A DNA stretch of 64,000 nucleotides, taken from contig DATHVW010000104.1 in NCBI GenBank assembly GCA_035461085.1, forward strand, positions 6,018 to 70,017. The letters are read 5' to 3'. The DNA is from Longimicrobiales bacterium. GTDB lineage: Bacteria; Gemmatimonadota; Gemmatimonadetes; Longimicrobiales; RSA9. The notes beneath the pieces were generated by a model. It searched no databases. It saw nothing but the letters and a program-made list of their open reading frames with translations, and was not told the origin of the DNA. Position 1 is the stretch's first letter. Every line of letters begins with the position of its first letter. Below are positions 17,527 through 28,201 of this stretch, piece by piece. The position numbers were made by a program, and so were the translations under genes.

Positions 17527-18828
17527 ATGAACAATGCACGGCCGGCGGGACTGGCGCGCACCGGATGGCTCGCGACGACTCTTGCGCTCGCGGTAGCGCT
17601 CGTGGCGGGTGCGTTCGCCAGCTACAGCGGCGCGCAGTCGGCCGTGTCCGCGCTGAACCGCGGGCAGGCGGACTTCCTGCAGGCCGCCGTGCGCGACAAC
17701 TTCCTGCAGCACACCGGCGCCATCGCCGATACCATGCTGGCGGCCCTGCTGGAGCAGCACGGTGAAGCGGGGCTTCGCTATGTCGCGCTGCTCGACTCGC
17801 TCGGTGATGTCACGATGAGCGCCGGCGAGGCGCTGCTACCACTGGAGGCGGGCGCCGAGCCCTCGTTCAGCGGCGGGCCGCTCGAGCAGACGGGCGACCG
17901 CATCCGGCTGTTCATGCCGCGCCCGCCGACGTTCACCGAGATGGCAGCGCAGGACTCCGCGCGGCGGGCGGCGCGGGCGGGTGGCGATCGAGGTCGGCGC
18001 GCACCGCCGCAGCGTCGCTGGATCCTGATCGAGATGGAGCCCGTCCTCGCCAGCACGCTCGAGAACAGGGCTGCCCGTTCACTGGCGCTGTCGGTCGCGG
18101 CCGCAGTCATTCTGACGCTCGCCGCGATTCTGTTCTGGCGGACATCGGGCAAGTACCAGAGCGCACTGCTGCGACTGGAGGAGCAGCGCAGGCTGACGCT
18201 GCTGGGCGAGATGTCGGCCGTGCTCGCGCACGAGATCCGTAACCCGCTGGCATCGCTCAAGGGGAACGCGCAGCTGCTCGCCGAGCGTCTGCCGACCGGC
18301 TCGCGGGAGCACGCGCGCGCCGAGCGTGTGGTAGGCGAGGCGACGCGCCTGGAAGCGCTGACGTCCGACCTGCTCGACTTCGCGCGCAGCACCACACTCG
18401 AGCGACAGCCCGTGGACCCCGTGGCAGTGCTGGAGGCATCGATCGACGATGTGAGCGCGGGCGGCTTCGACGTCGAGAGCGACGGTGTGCCCGCGCAGTG
18501 GCCCATGGATCCCGCGCGCATCCGCCAGATCCTCGTGAACGTGCTGCAGAATGCGCGACAGGCCTCACCGGACGGTTCACGCCCGCGCGTGCGCGTGGGC
18601 GTGGAGAACGACCGCCTGGTTTACGAAGTGCGTGACTTCGGAGATGGACTCGCGCCCGGCACCGGGACGCGTATCTTCGATCCGTTCTTCACGACGCGCA
18701 CGAGTGGCACCGGGCTCGGCCTGGCCGTGGCGCGTCGCGCCGCCGAGATGCACGGCGGCCAGGTCAGCGCGCGCAATCACGAAGAGGGCGGTGCCGTGTT
18801 CCGCATCGAGATCCCGGCCGGAGTCTGA
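17527..18828 (+). CDS. Sensor histidine kinase
   Basis: Two TM segments, H-box LAHEIRNPLASL, and N/G boxes (NVLQNARQA, DFGDGL, GTGLGLAV). Confidence 0.85.
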   Translation: MNNARPAGLARTGWLATTLALAVALVAGAFASYSGAQSAVSALNRGQADFLQAAVRDNFLQHTGAIADTMLAALLEQHGEAGLRYVALLDSLGDVTMSAGEALLPLEAGAEPSFSGGPLEQTGDRIRLFMPRPPTFTEMAAQDSARRAARAGGDRGRRAPPQRRWILIEMEPVLASTLENRAARSLALSVAAAVILTLAAILFWRTSGKYQSALLRLEEQRRLTLLGEMSAVLAHEIRNPLASLKGNAQLLAERLPTGSREHARAERVVGEATRLEALTSDLLDFARSTTLERQPVDPVAVLEASIDDVSAGGFDVESDGVPAQWPMDPARIRQILVNVLQNARQASPDGSRPRVRVGVENDRLVYEVRDFGDGLAPGTGTRIFDPFFTTRTSGTGLGLAVARRAAEMHGGQVSARNHEEGGAVFRIEIPAGV

Positions 18829-20151
18829 ATGGCGAACATCCTCGTGGTCGATGACGAAGAAGGCATTCGCGAGTTCCTCGCGGATGCACTCGGCGACGAT
18901 GGGCATGATGTCACGCAGGCCGCGGACGGCCTCGCAGCTCTTCAGCGGCTGCACGAGCGCGCGTTCGACCTGGTGATTACCGACCTGCGCATGCCGGGCG
19001 CACTGGACGGCGTTGACATCCTGCGCAAGGCGAAGGCGGAGCAGCCGGAGATCGAGGTCGTCGTCCTCACTGCCTACGGCACCGTGGACAGCGCAGTCGA
19101 AGCGATGAAGCTCGGCGCGTTCGACTACCTCCAGAAGCCGCTCGGCAGCCCCGCCGAGCTGCGGCTGATCGTGGCACGCGCGCTCGAGCGGCGCCGGCTG
19201 CTGTCGCTCCGGGACGCCGCAGAACGCGTCGATGCGCTGCCGCCCCTGTCGTACGGGGATCCCGCCATGGCTCCCGTGCTCCGCGGCATCGAAAAGGTCG
19301 CCCCGACGAACGCGACCGTGCTGCTGCTCGGCGAGAGCGGCACGGGCAAGGAAGTGGCCGCACGCACCATCCACCGGAACAGCCGCCGCGCCGGCGGGCC
19401 GTTCATCGCCGTCAACTGCGCCGCGATCTCAGAGAACCTGATGGAGAGCGAGATCTTCGGCCACGAAAAAGGCGCGTTCACGGGCGCGACCGCCGCGCGC
19501 CGCGGCCGCCTCGAGCTCGCTCACGGCGGCACGATGTTCCTCGATGAGATCGGGGAGCTGAAACAGGAGATGCAGGCCAAGCTGTTGCGCGTGCTACAGG
19601 AACGTCACTTCGAACGTGTGGGCGGTACGCGCACCATCGATGCCGATGTGCGCTGGATCGCCGCAACGAACCGCGACATCGAAGACATGCTGCGCACCGG
19701 TGAGTTCCGCGAGGACCTCTATCACCGGCTGGCCGTGTTCCCCATCGAGCTGCCGCCGCTGCGCGAGCGCACCAGCGACATCGCGCCGCTGGCCGAAACG
19801 CTCATGGCTGAGATCAGTGCCGACCTCGGGCGTCCGCCGCTCCGCCTCGACGAGGAAGCGACCCGCCGGATCCGGGCTGGCGCGTGGCCGGGCAACGTGC
19901 GCGAGCTTCGCAACACGCTCGAGCGCGCCGCGATCATGGCGGAGGGCGATGTCATACGCGGCGCCGACATCACCGTGCAGGCAGGTTCACCCGCGCGAAG
20001 CGATGATGCGCGCACGATGAACGACATCGAACGCGACGCGATACGGACCGCACTCGACGAAGTCGGCGGCAACCGCCGGCTCGCCGCGGAACGACTCGGC
20101 ATCGGCGTGCGCACGCTGTACGAGAAGCTGAAGCGTTACGAGATCGACTGA
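18829..20151 (+). CDS. Sigma-54-dependent response regulator (NtrC/AtoC family bEBP)
   Basis: Receiver domain ([11 protein letters not shown]), AAA+ core with GESGTGKE and the GAFTGA loop, C-terminal Fis-type HTH ([19 protein letters not shown]). Confidence 0.9.
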   Translation: MANILVVDDEEGIREFLADALGDDGHDVTQAADGLAALQRLHERAFDLVITDLRMPGALDGVDILRKAKAEQPEIEVVVLTAYGTVDSAVEAMKLGAFDYLQKPLGSPAELRLIVARALERRRLLSLRDAAERVDALPPLSYGDPAMAPVLRGIEKVAPTNATVLLLGESGTGKEVAARTIHRNSRRAGGPFIAVNCAAISENLMESEIFGHEKGAFTGATAARRGRLELAHGGTMFLDEIGELKQEMQAKLLRVLQERHFERVGGTRTIDADVRWIAATNRDIEDMLRTGEFREDLYHRLAVFPIELPPLRERTSDIAPLAETLMAEISADLGRPPLRLDEEATRRIRAGAWPGNVRELRNTLERAAIMAEGDVIRGADITVQAGSPARSDDARTMNDIERDAIRTALDEVGGNRRLAAERLGIGVRTLYEKLKRYEID

Positions 20152-20153
20152 GG

Positions 20154-21845
20154 TCAGCGGGACGGCCGCACCGCCCGTCCCGGCCGCGCCTCCGTATGCT
20201 CGCCATTCTCGATCACGAACGTGCCGCCCACGATGACGTGCGGGATCCCGACCGGATACTGGTGCGGCTCGGCAAACGTCGCGCGGTCTGCAACCGTGAC
20301 GGGATCGAACGCGACCAGATCCGCCACTGCACCGACCTCGATGCGCCCGCGATCCGTGAACTTCAGCCGGTCTGCCGGCTTGCGCGTCATCTTGTGGATG
20401 GCCTGTTCGAGCGGCAGCGCATTCAGCTCGCGCACATACCGGCCGAGCACGCGCGGGAACGTGCCGTAATTGCGCGGGTGCGGCACGCCATCGCCCATTG
20501 CGACGGCGCCGCCATCGGAACACACCATGGACAGCGGGTGCGCGAGCTTGCGCGCGATGTTCTCCTCGCTCATGCCGAAGCCGACCATGCGTGTGCGTGC
20601 ACGGTCGCCGGCGATGATGTCGAGCAGGAGTGCATACGGCTCGACACCGCGTTGCTCCGCGAGCGTGCCGAGTCTGCCGCCGGCCACCCACGCGTAGTCG
20701 GGCGATGACGCGGACGACATCTGCACGGAATCCCACGACCCCAGCATCGCGATCTTGTCACGGACCGCCCGTTCGATGCGCGGTGCGGTTGCGTCGTCAC
20801 GCAGGCGTGACAGAAACGCGTCGGTCCCGCCCTCACGCGCCCATACCGGGAACAGGTTCGACAGGCCCGTCGCGTAGGCCTCGTAAGGATAGACATCGAA
20901 GCCGGCATCGATGCCTGCAGCACGCGCATCCTCGAGCAGCCGCAGCGCGGCGTCCGTCTTCCACCAGTTGCGCTCGCCCTGCGCTTTCAGATGCGAAACG
21001 TGAACCGCCACACCGGCGCGGTGGCCGATGCCGATCACTTCCTCGATTGCGGCGATGAGACGGTCATCCTCGTTGCGCATGTGACTCGCGAACGGCAGCC
21101 CTGTGCCGCGCAGCGGCGCGGCGAGCGCCTGCATCTCCGCGGCATCGGCGAACGCACCGGGCGTGTACTCCAGCCCGGTGGATATGCCGCACGCGCCACC
21201 GTTCAGGGCCGCCCGCACGAGCCCGACCATGCGCTCGACCTCGTTGTCCGTCGCCGGCCGGTCGGTGTCGCCGATCACCAGCCCGCGGACGTGACCGGCG
21301 CCGATCATGCTCGCGACATTGACGGCCGCGCCGTGCCCATCGATGTACCGGAGGAATCCCGGGACGTCCCGGAAATCCAGGTCGATCCCCTGCTGCGCAT
21401 AGCGCTCGCGCGCCGCCGCGAAGTCGGCCTCGCTCCAGCCGACGGACCCGCCGTCCTGACCGGTGACCTCCGTCGTCACACCCTGACGCACCTTGCTGTC
21501 GGCGCGGGGATCGCGCAGCAGGCTCAGGTCCGTGTGCGAATGGATGTCGATGAATCCGGGCGCGAGCGCGAGCCCGGTCAGGTCCACCTCCCGATCGCCG
21601 CGCGTGCCGAGCTGCGCTGCGATCTCCACGATGCGGCCACCGCTCACGGCCACGTCGCCACGCACCGGAGCCCCACCCGAGCCGTCGTAGATCAGCGCCC
21701 GGCGCAGTACCAGGTCGGCGCGCGCGCCCGCGCTGCCCGCGTGGGTCGCAGGTGCCGCGGCGACGGACGTATCGGCGATGCCGATGCCGGCGAGCGCGGC
21801 GCCGCCGAAGGTGGCGGTGCGCCTGATGAACGTGCGTCGCTCCAT
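20154..21845 (-). CDS. N-acyl-D-amino-acid deacylase (D-aminoacylase) family amidohydrolase, TAT-exported
   Basis: Twin-arginine signal MERRTFIRRTATFGGAALA, metal motif DIHSHTD, and D-aminoacylase-type C-terminus. Start at ATG 21845, with the track extension reading through repeat B rejected. Confidence 0.8.
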   Translation of the reverse strand: MERRTFIRRTATFGGAALAGIGIADTSVAAAPATHAGSAGARADLVLRRALIYDGSGGAPVRGDVAVSGGRIVEIAAQLGTRGDREVDLTGLALAPGFIDIHSHTDLSLLRDPRADSKVRQGVTTEVTGQDGGSVGWSEADFAAARERYAQQGIDLDFRDVPGFLRYIDGHGAAVNVASMIGAGHVRGLVIGDTDRPATDNEVERMVGLVRAALNGGACGISTGLEYTPGAFADAAEMQALAAPLRGTGLPFASHMRNEDDRLIAAIEEVIGIGHRAGVAVHVSHLKAQGERNWWKTDAALRLLEDARAAGIDAGFDVYPYEAYATGLSNLFPVWAREGGTDAFLSRLRDDATAPRIERAVRDKIAMLGSWDSVQMSSASSPDYAWVAGGRLGTLAEQRGVEPYALLLDIIAGDRARTRMVGFGMSEENIARKLAHPLSMVCSDGGAVAMGDGVPHPRNYGTFPRVLGRYVRELNALPLEQAIHKMTRKPADRLKFTDRGRIEVGAVADLVAFDPVTVADRATFAEPHQYPVGIPHVIVGGTFVIENGEHTEARPGRAVRPSR

Positions 21846-21852
21846 ACCGGCG

Positions 21853-21979
21853 GGACCTGGTTTCGGTTTGCGGTTACGGCCGATGCGGCCATGAACCTGC
21901 CCCAGCACTATATCACTTTCCCGGACATGGGGCAGCCGCATGTCCGGATGTGCCGTAACTGCAAACCGAAACCAGGTCC
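21853..21979. repeat. Inverted-repeat element B: 28-bp arms (27/28) flanking a 71-nt core
   Basis: GGACCTGGTTTCGGTTTGCGGTTACGGC (21853-21880) against GCCGTAACTGCAAACCGAAACCAGGTCC (21952-21979). The core contains the inner inverted repeat CCGGACATG-N9-CATGTCCGG. GGCG is present on both flanks. Confidence 0.9.
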
Positions 21980-22001
21980 GGCGTCCGGCCGTCCGGCTCG
22001 G

Positions 22002-23636
<1,635 letters not shown>

Positions 23637-23759
23637 TCGTCGTGTCTCCTGGTTGCGCGCTGCCCATGCAGGTTGCACGCCCGGCCCCACCGCGAAGCCG
23701 CGCGGCTGCCGAGCGACGGGGCTCGCCAGCCGACGGCCCCCCGGCCACTGGACGCTGCA

Positions 23760-23786
23760 CGGTTCCGCCCGTATGATGCGGAACCG
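23760..23786. promoter_or_regulatory. 9-bp inverted repeat CGGTTCCGC-N9-GCGGAACCG bracketing a TATGAT -10-like hexamer
   Basis: Read directly. It lies in the divergent region between pgm and the propeller protein gene. TATGAT is at 23772-23777, with TGGACG 18 nt upstream. Confidence 0.4.
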
Positions 23787-23860
23787 CCGCCCCGGCGGAC
23801 ATCCCACAAAGCAACTCCGCGCCCCCGGGCGTCAGCCTTCGACATCAGCCAGAGGCGGTT

Positions 23861-26200
23861 ATGAGGACGATCCCGACAGCGGTATTCATGGCGGCGGTGT
23901 CTGCGTCCGTGGCGGCGCCGCTGGCTGCTCAGGGCGGCTACGGCACGTCGGTGGCCGCCGCGGGCGACGTCCTGTACGTGGCCGAGCCCCTGAACATCGC
24001 CCGCCCCGGAATGGTCTACGCATACGTCCGTGGCGACAGTGGGCGGTGGATCGAGGCGGGCCGCCTCACGGCCCCCGCCAGCCGGCCCGGCGATCTCTTC
24101 GCGCGGTCGGTCGCGGCCTCGGGCGACGTCGTAATCGTCGGTTATCCTGCCGAAGCCAATGGCGCCGGCGCCGCCCACGCGTTCACCCGCAGCAACGGCC
24201 GCTGGCTCCACACCGGGCGACTGGCCGGCGCGCGCGCGGCCGCGGGCGACAGTGCAGGCGCGGCTGTCGCGGTGCACAGGGATGTCGCGGCCGTGGCGGT
24301 GCCCGGATCGAAGGCGGTCCATGTCTATCGCAGGGATGGCAACGTCTGGCGCCAGGAGGCGGAGCTGACCGTGGAAGGCATCGTCGCGGCCGACCGCTTC
24401 GGCGCCGCGCTCGCCGCCGGTCTCGACTGGATCGTGGTGGGCGCGCCGGGCGAGGCGGAGGGCCGCGGCGGGGCCTGGCTGTTCCAGCGCGATGGCGACG
24501 CCTGGGCGGAGCGCGCACATCTCGTCGCGCGGAGCGCCCGCGCCGGCGATGCCGTCGGCAGCAGCCTTGCCATCATGGATGACCTGATCATCGCAGGCGC
24601 GCCGCTCCGTGACGAGCAGAGCGGTGGCGTGTTCGTGTTCCGGTTCGATGCCGAGAGCGAGAGCTGGAACGCGCGGGACCGGCTCCAGGCATTCGACGGC
24701 CGCCCGGGCACGCTCTTCGGCACCTCCGTCGCGGTAGCGGGACGGGACCTGTGGGCTGGCTCACCCGGCACGCGCGCGGCGTATCGGTTCACGCGCGACA
24801 GCACGACGGGCGCGTGGACGGACGGCGGCCGCATCGTGAACCCGTCAAATCAGGCGCACACCCAGTTCGCAGCGACGATGGCAGCGACCGCGGGGGCGCT
24901 CGTGGTCGGCATACCCGATATCCTGGGGACCGGCACCGCGCTGGCCGCGGAGCGCGGGCCCGACGGGAGCTGGGCCGTGGCTGCCGAGCTGCGCAGCCCG
25001 CCCGAAGAATTTCCCGCCGTTACCGGCGGCGTGCAGACCTGTGCGAACGGACGCGCCGGATCGTTCAGCTGCGGCAACATGGAGCTGCTCGGCTATCTGC
25101 CGCCGTCTGCAATCGGCGCCGGGCCGGGCGTCCATTTGAACGACATCTGGGGCTGGACCGACCCGCAGACGGACCGGGAGTACGCACTCGTGGGCCGCTC
25201 GAATGGAACGTCGTTCGTGGACGTGACCGACCCCTCCAACCCACGCTATCTCGGCGACCTGCCCATGACCGAGGGCTCGCGACCGAACCTCTGGCGCGAC
25301 ATCAAGGTGTATCGCGATCACGCATTCATCGTTGCCGATGGCGCGGGCGAGCACGGCGTGCAGGTCTTCGACCTCACGCAGCTGCGCGACGTGCAGGGTG
25401 CACCCGTGAGGTTCGTCGAGACCGCCCACTATGACGGCATTCACAGCGCACACAACATCGTCATCAACGAGGAGACCGGTCTCGCCGTGGCGGTCGGCAG
25501 CAATGGCGGCGGGAACACGTGCGGCGGCGGTTTGCACATGATCAATGTGCGCGACCCGAAGGCCCCCGTGTTCGCCGGCTGCTTCGCCGACGCCCGCACC
25601 GGCATATCGGGCACGGGCACGTCGCACGACGCACAGTGCGTCACCTATGACGGGCCGGACGAGAAGTACGTCGGCCGCGAAATCTGCTTCGGCTCCAACG
25701 AGACCGCACTCAGCATTGCCGATGTCACGGACCGGGAGAACCCCATCGCCGTCGCCCGTGCCGCGTACCCCAACGTCCAGTACGCGCACCAGGGCTGGCT
25801 CACCGAGGACCACCGCTTCTTCTACATGAACGATGAGGGCGATGAAGTGGCCGGCGTCGTGCCGCGGACCCGAACCATCATCTGGGATGTCGCAGACCTC
25901 GACGACCCCGTGCTGGCCGGCGAATTCCTCGGCACCAGCGCCGCGTCCGATCACAACCTGTACGTGCGCGGCGACACCATGTACCAGTCCAACTACGCCA
26001 GCGGACTGCGCATCATCGACATCAGCGACCGCGCCAATCCAAGGGAGATCGGGTATTTCGACTCCGTCCCGAACAGCGAGAATGTCCCCGGCTTCAACGG
26101 GTCGTGGAGCAATTACCCCTACTTCCGCAGCGGCACCATCATCTTCACCAGCATCCGCGAGGGTCTGTTCATCGTGCGGATGGGTCGCCCCATCTCGTAG
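23861..26200 (+). CDS. Secreted two-propeller protein: N-terminal FG-GAP-like repeats plus C-terminal choice-of-anchor B / LVIVD-repeat domain
   Basis: Signal peptide. The N-terminal half has repeated G-x-FG/AG-x-S-VA motifs (FARSVAASGDVVIVG, FGAALAAGLDWIVVGAP, FGTSVAVAG). The C-terminal half matches choice-of-anchor B proteins as I recall them (NDIWGWTDPQTDREYALVG, YRDHAFIV, AHNIVINEE, DHNLYVRGDTMYQSNY). Confidence 0.55.
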   Translation: MRTIPTAVFMAAVSASVAAPLAAQGGYGTSVAAAGDVLYVAEPLNIARPGMVYAYVRGDSGRWIEAGRLTAPASRPGDLFARSVAASGDVVIVGYPAEANGAGAAHAFTRSNGRWLHTGRLAGARAAAGDSAGAAVAVHRDVAAVAVPGSKAVHVYRRDGNVWRQEAELTVEGIVAADRFGAALAAGLDWIVVGAPGEAEGRGGAWLFQRDGDAWAERAHLVARSARAGDAVGSSLAIMDDLIIAGAPLRDEQSGGVFVFRFDAESESWNARDRLQAFDGRPGTLFGTSVAVAGRDLWAGSPGTRAAYRFTRDSTTGAWTDGGRIVNPSNQAHTQFAATMAATAGALVVGIPDILGTGTALAAERGPDGSWAVAAELRSPPEEFPAVTGGVQTCANGRAGSFSCGNMELLGYLPPSAIGAGPGVHLNDIWGWTDPQTDREYALVGRSNGTSFVDVTDPSNPRYLGDLPMTEGSRPNLWRDIKVYRDHAFIVADGAGEHGVQVFDLTQLRDVQGAPVRFVETAHYDGIHSAHNIVINEETGLAVAVGSNGGGNTCGGGLHMINVRDPKAPVFAGCFADARTGISGTGTSHDAQCVTYDGPDEKYVGREICFGSNETALSIADVTDRENPIAVARAAYPNVQYAHQGWLTEDHRFFYMNDEGDEVAGVVPRTRTIIWDVADLDDPVLAGEFLGTSAASDHNLYVRGDTMYQSNYASGLRIIDISDRANPREIGYFDSVPNSENVPGFNGSWSNYPYFRSGTIIFTSIREGLFIVRMGRPIS

Positions 26201-26400
26201 CCGGTGGCTCGTGGGGGCCCGGAGTGACATCGCTGCACCATGGCCGGGTACGCCTCACAGAGTGGCGTCCCGGGCGCATTTCGGTTAAATTGAACAGGTT
26301 AGGGGCCGAATCAGGCCGCTGCCGCCCGCGGCGTGCGAATCGCAAGCGCATGTGTGGGCGGTTTCTATTAACGGGGGGAAGCCCTCACTGGAGAGGATGA

Positions 26401-26643
26401 ATGGCGAAACAGGAATCCATTGAGGTCGAGGGCGTCGTAACGGAAGTGTTGCCGGACCAGAACTTCCGCGTCAAGCTGGAGAACGGGCACGTCGTGCTCT
26501 GCTATGCGAAGGGCAAGATGTCGAAGTTCAAGATCCGTGTTCTCGCAGGAGACCGGGTCACGGTCGAGCTGTCGCCGTACGATCTGTCACGGGGCCGCAT
26601 CACATACCGCCACAAGGGCGACGCGCCGCGACCGGGCGCATAA
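26401..26643 (+). CDS. infA: Translation initiation factor IF-1
   Basis: [40 protein letters not shown]...[14 protein letters not shown] is near-canonical IF-1, with a short C-terminal extension. Confidence 0.95.
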   Translation: MAKQESIEVEGVVTEVLPDQNFRVKLENGHVVLCYAKGKMSKFKIRVLAGDRVTVELSPYDLSRGRITYRHKGDAPRPGA

Positions 26644-26664
26644 GGTACAAGGGAAAGAAAAATA

Positions 26665-28107
26665 GTGAGTTCAAGTCAGGGACATACGGCACGCGCTGGA
26701 AGGCCGGCGGGTGCAGGGAATACGAACGCCGGCGACGCGGTGCGCGCCGGCTCTTTTCATGATCTGGGGCTGAACGCCGAGCTGGTCAGGGCCATCGACG
26801 AGCTGGGGTTCACCCGGCCGACACCGGTCCAGGCCGACGCGATTCCGCCCGGCCTCGCCGGTCGCGATGTGCTGGCGTGCGCGATGACGGGCAGCGGCAA
26901 GACGGCGGCGTTCCTGCTGCCGATCCTGCAGCGCCTGAAGGATCGCCCGACGGGCCGCACGCGCGCGCTCATTCTGAGCCCGACGCGCGAGCTGGCCGCA
27001 CAGACGCACCAGGCGCTCGAGGACCTGGCGAAGCACACGCGCATCCGCGGTGCCGCGATCTTCGGTGGTGTCGGCATGAAGCCGCAGGAGGACGCGTTCC
27101 GGCGCGGCGTCGAGATCATCGCCGCGACACCGGGCCGTCTGCTCGACCACATGCAGTATGACTACGCGAAGCTCGCGGACATCGAGATCCTCGTCCTGGA
27201 CGAGGCCGACCGCATGCTGGACATGGGCTTCCTGCCCGACATCCGGCGCGTGCTGCGGCAGCTGCCGGCGAAGGCACGCCAGACCATGATGTTCTCCGCC
27301 ACCATGCCCGCTCCGATCCTGGAGCTGTCACGGTCGCTGCTGGACAATCCGGAACGCATCGCGGTCGAGCGGAAGCAGGCCCCGGCGACCGGCGTCGCGC
27401 AGGCGCTCTATCCGGTCCCGTCGCATCTGAAGGTGGGCCTGCTGATCGAGCTGCTGCAGCGCGATGAGATCGGCAATGCGATCGTCTTCTGCCGCACGAA
27501 GCATCGCTCGAACCGTCTCGCGGAAAAGCTCGAGCGCGCCGGCTTCGAGACGGCACGCATCCACGGCAACCGCAGCCAGAACCAGCGTACGGAAGCGCTC
27601 GCCGGGTTCAAGAGCGGCCAGTACCGGGTGCTCGTGGCAACGGACATCGTCGCACGCGGCATCGACGTCGAGGCGCTCGAGCACGTCGTGAACTTCGACG
27701 TGCCGAACGTGCCGGAGGATTACATCCACCGGGTGGGCCGCACAGCGCGCGCGGATGCGACCGGTGATGCCTTCACGTTCGTGTCGCCGGAAGAGGAGAC
27801 CGACATGCGCGCGATCGAGCGTGCCGTCGGCCGCCGGATCGAGCGGCGCACCGTCGCCGGCTTCGATTACAGCGCGAAGCCGACCGAGAAGCTCGAGGTC
27901 CCGATCGGCGAGCGCATTGCGCAGATCCGTGCGCGCAAGGCGGATGAGCGTGCGCGTGCACGTGCTAATGCCGAGAAGAAGGCCGGACGTCAGGCCGGCA
28001 GCGCCCAGGGATCCGGCAGCAGCGAGCGGGCAGCGCCGCGCCGGCGTCGTCGCCGCGGCGGCAGTGGACGACAGGGTGGCTCGGGATCGCAGTCATCGGC
28101 GGCCTGA
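26665..28107 (+). CDS. DEAD-box ATP-dependent RNA helicase (RhlE-like) with basic C-terminal tail
   Basis: Q motif (FTRPTPVQ), AMTGSGKT, DEAD (VLDEADRML), SAT, HRVGRTAR. Arg/Gly/Ser-rich tail. GTG start. Confidence 0.9.
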   Translation: MSSSQGHTARAGRPAGAGNTNAGDAVRAGSFHDLGLNAELVRAIDELGFTRPTPVQADAIPPGLAGRDVLACAMTGSGKTAAFLLPILQRLKDRPTGRTRALILSPTRELAAQTHQALEDLAKHTRIRGAAIFGGVGMKPQEDAFRRGVEIIAATPGRLLDHMQYDYAKLADIEILVLDEADRMLDMGFLPDIRRVLRQLPAKARQTMMFSATMPAPILELSRSLLDNPERIAVERKQAPATGVAQALYPVPSHLKVGLLIELLQRDEIGNAIVFCRTKHRSNRLAEKLERAGFETARIHGNRSQNQRTEALAGFKSGQYRVLVATDIVARGIDVEALEHVVNFDVPNVPEDYIHRVGRTARADATGDAFTFVSPEEETDMRAIERAVGRRIERRTVAGFDYSAKPTEKLEVPIGERIAQIRARKADERARARANAEKKAGRQAGSAQGSGSSERAAPRRRRRRGGSGRQGGSGSQSSAA

Positions 28108-28166
28108 TCACCGACGCATGGTCCTGCGGCGCGTGACCTGAGAGGGAGCGCTCCACCGGAGGTCCG

Positions 28167-28195
28167 ACGGCCGTCGCGTTCAACGCGGCGGCCGT
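28167..28195. terminator. Bidirectional hairpin between the DEAD-box helicase gene and the MutS-like gene
   Basis: 12-bp stem ACGGCCGTCGCG/CGCGGCGGCCGT (one G-U) with loop TTCAA, between convergent stops. Confidence 0.5.
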
Positions 28196-28201
28196 TCTGC
28201 A

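Noticed and set aside
21849-21983. GGCG on both flanks of element B as a target-site duplication proving mobility
   Set aside because: A 4-nt GC-only match is expected by chance fairly often at this composition, and element A has no matching flanks. Kept only as a note inside the finding.
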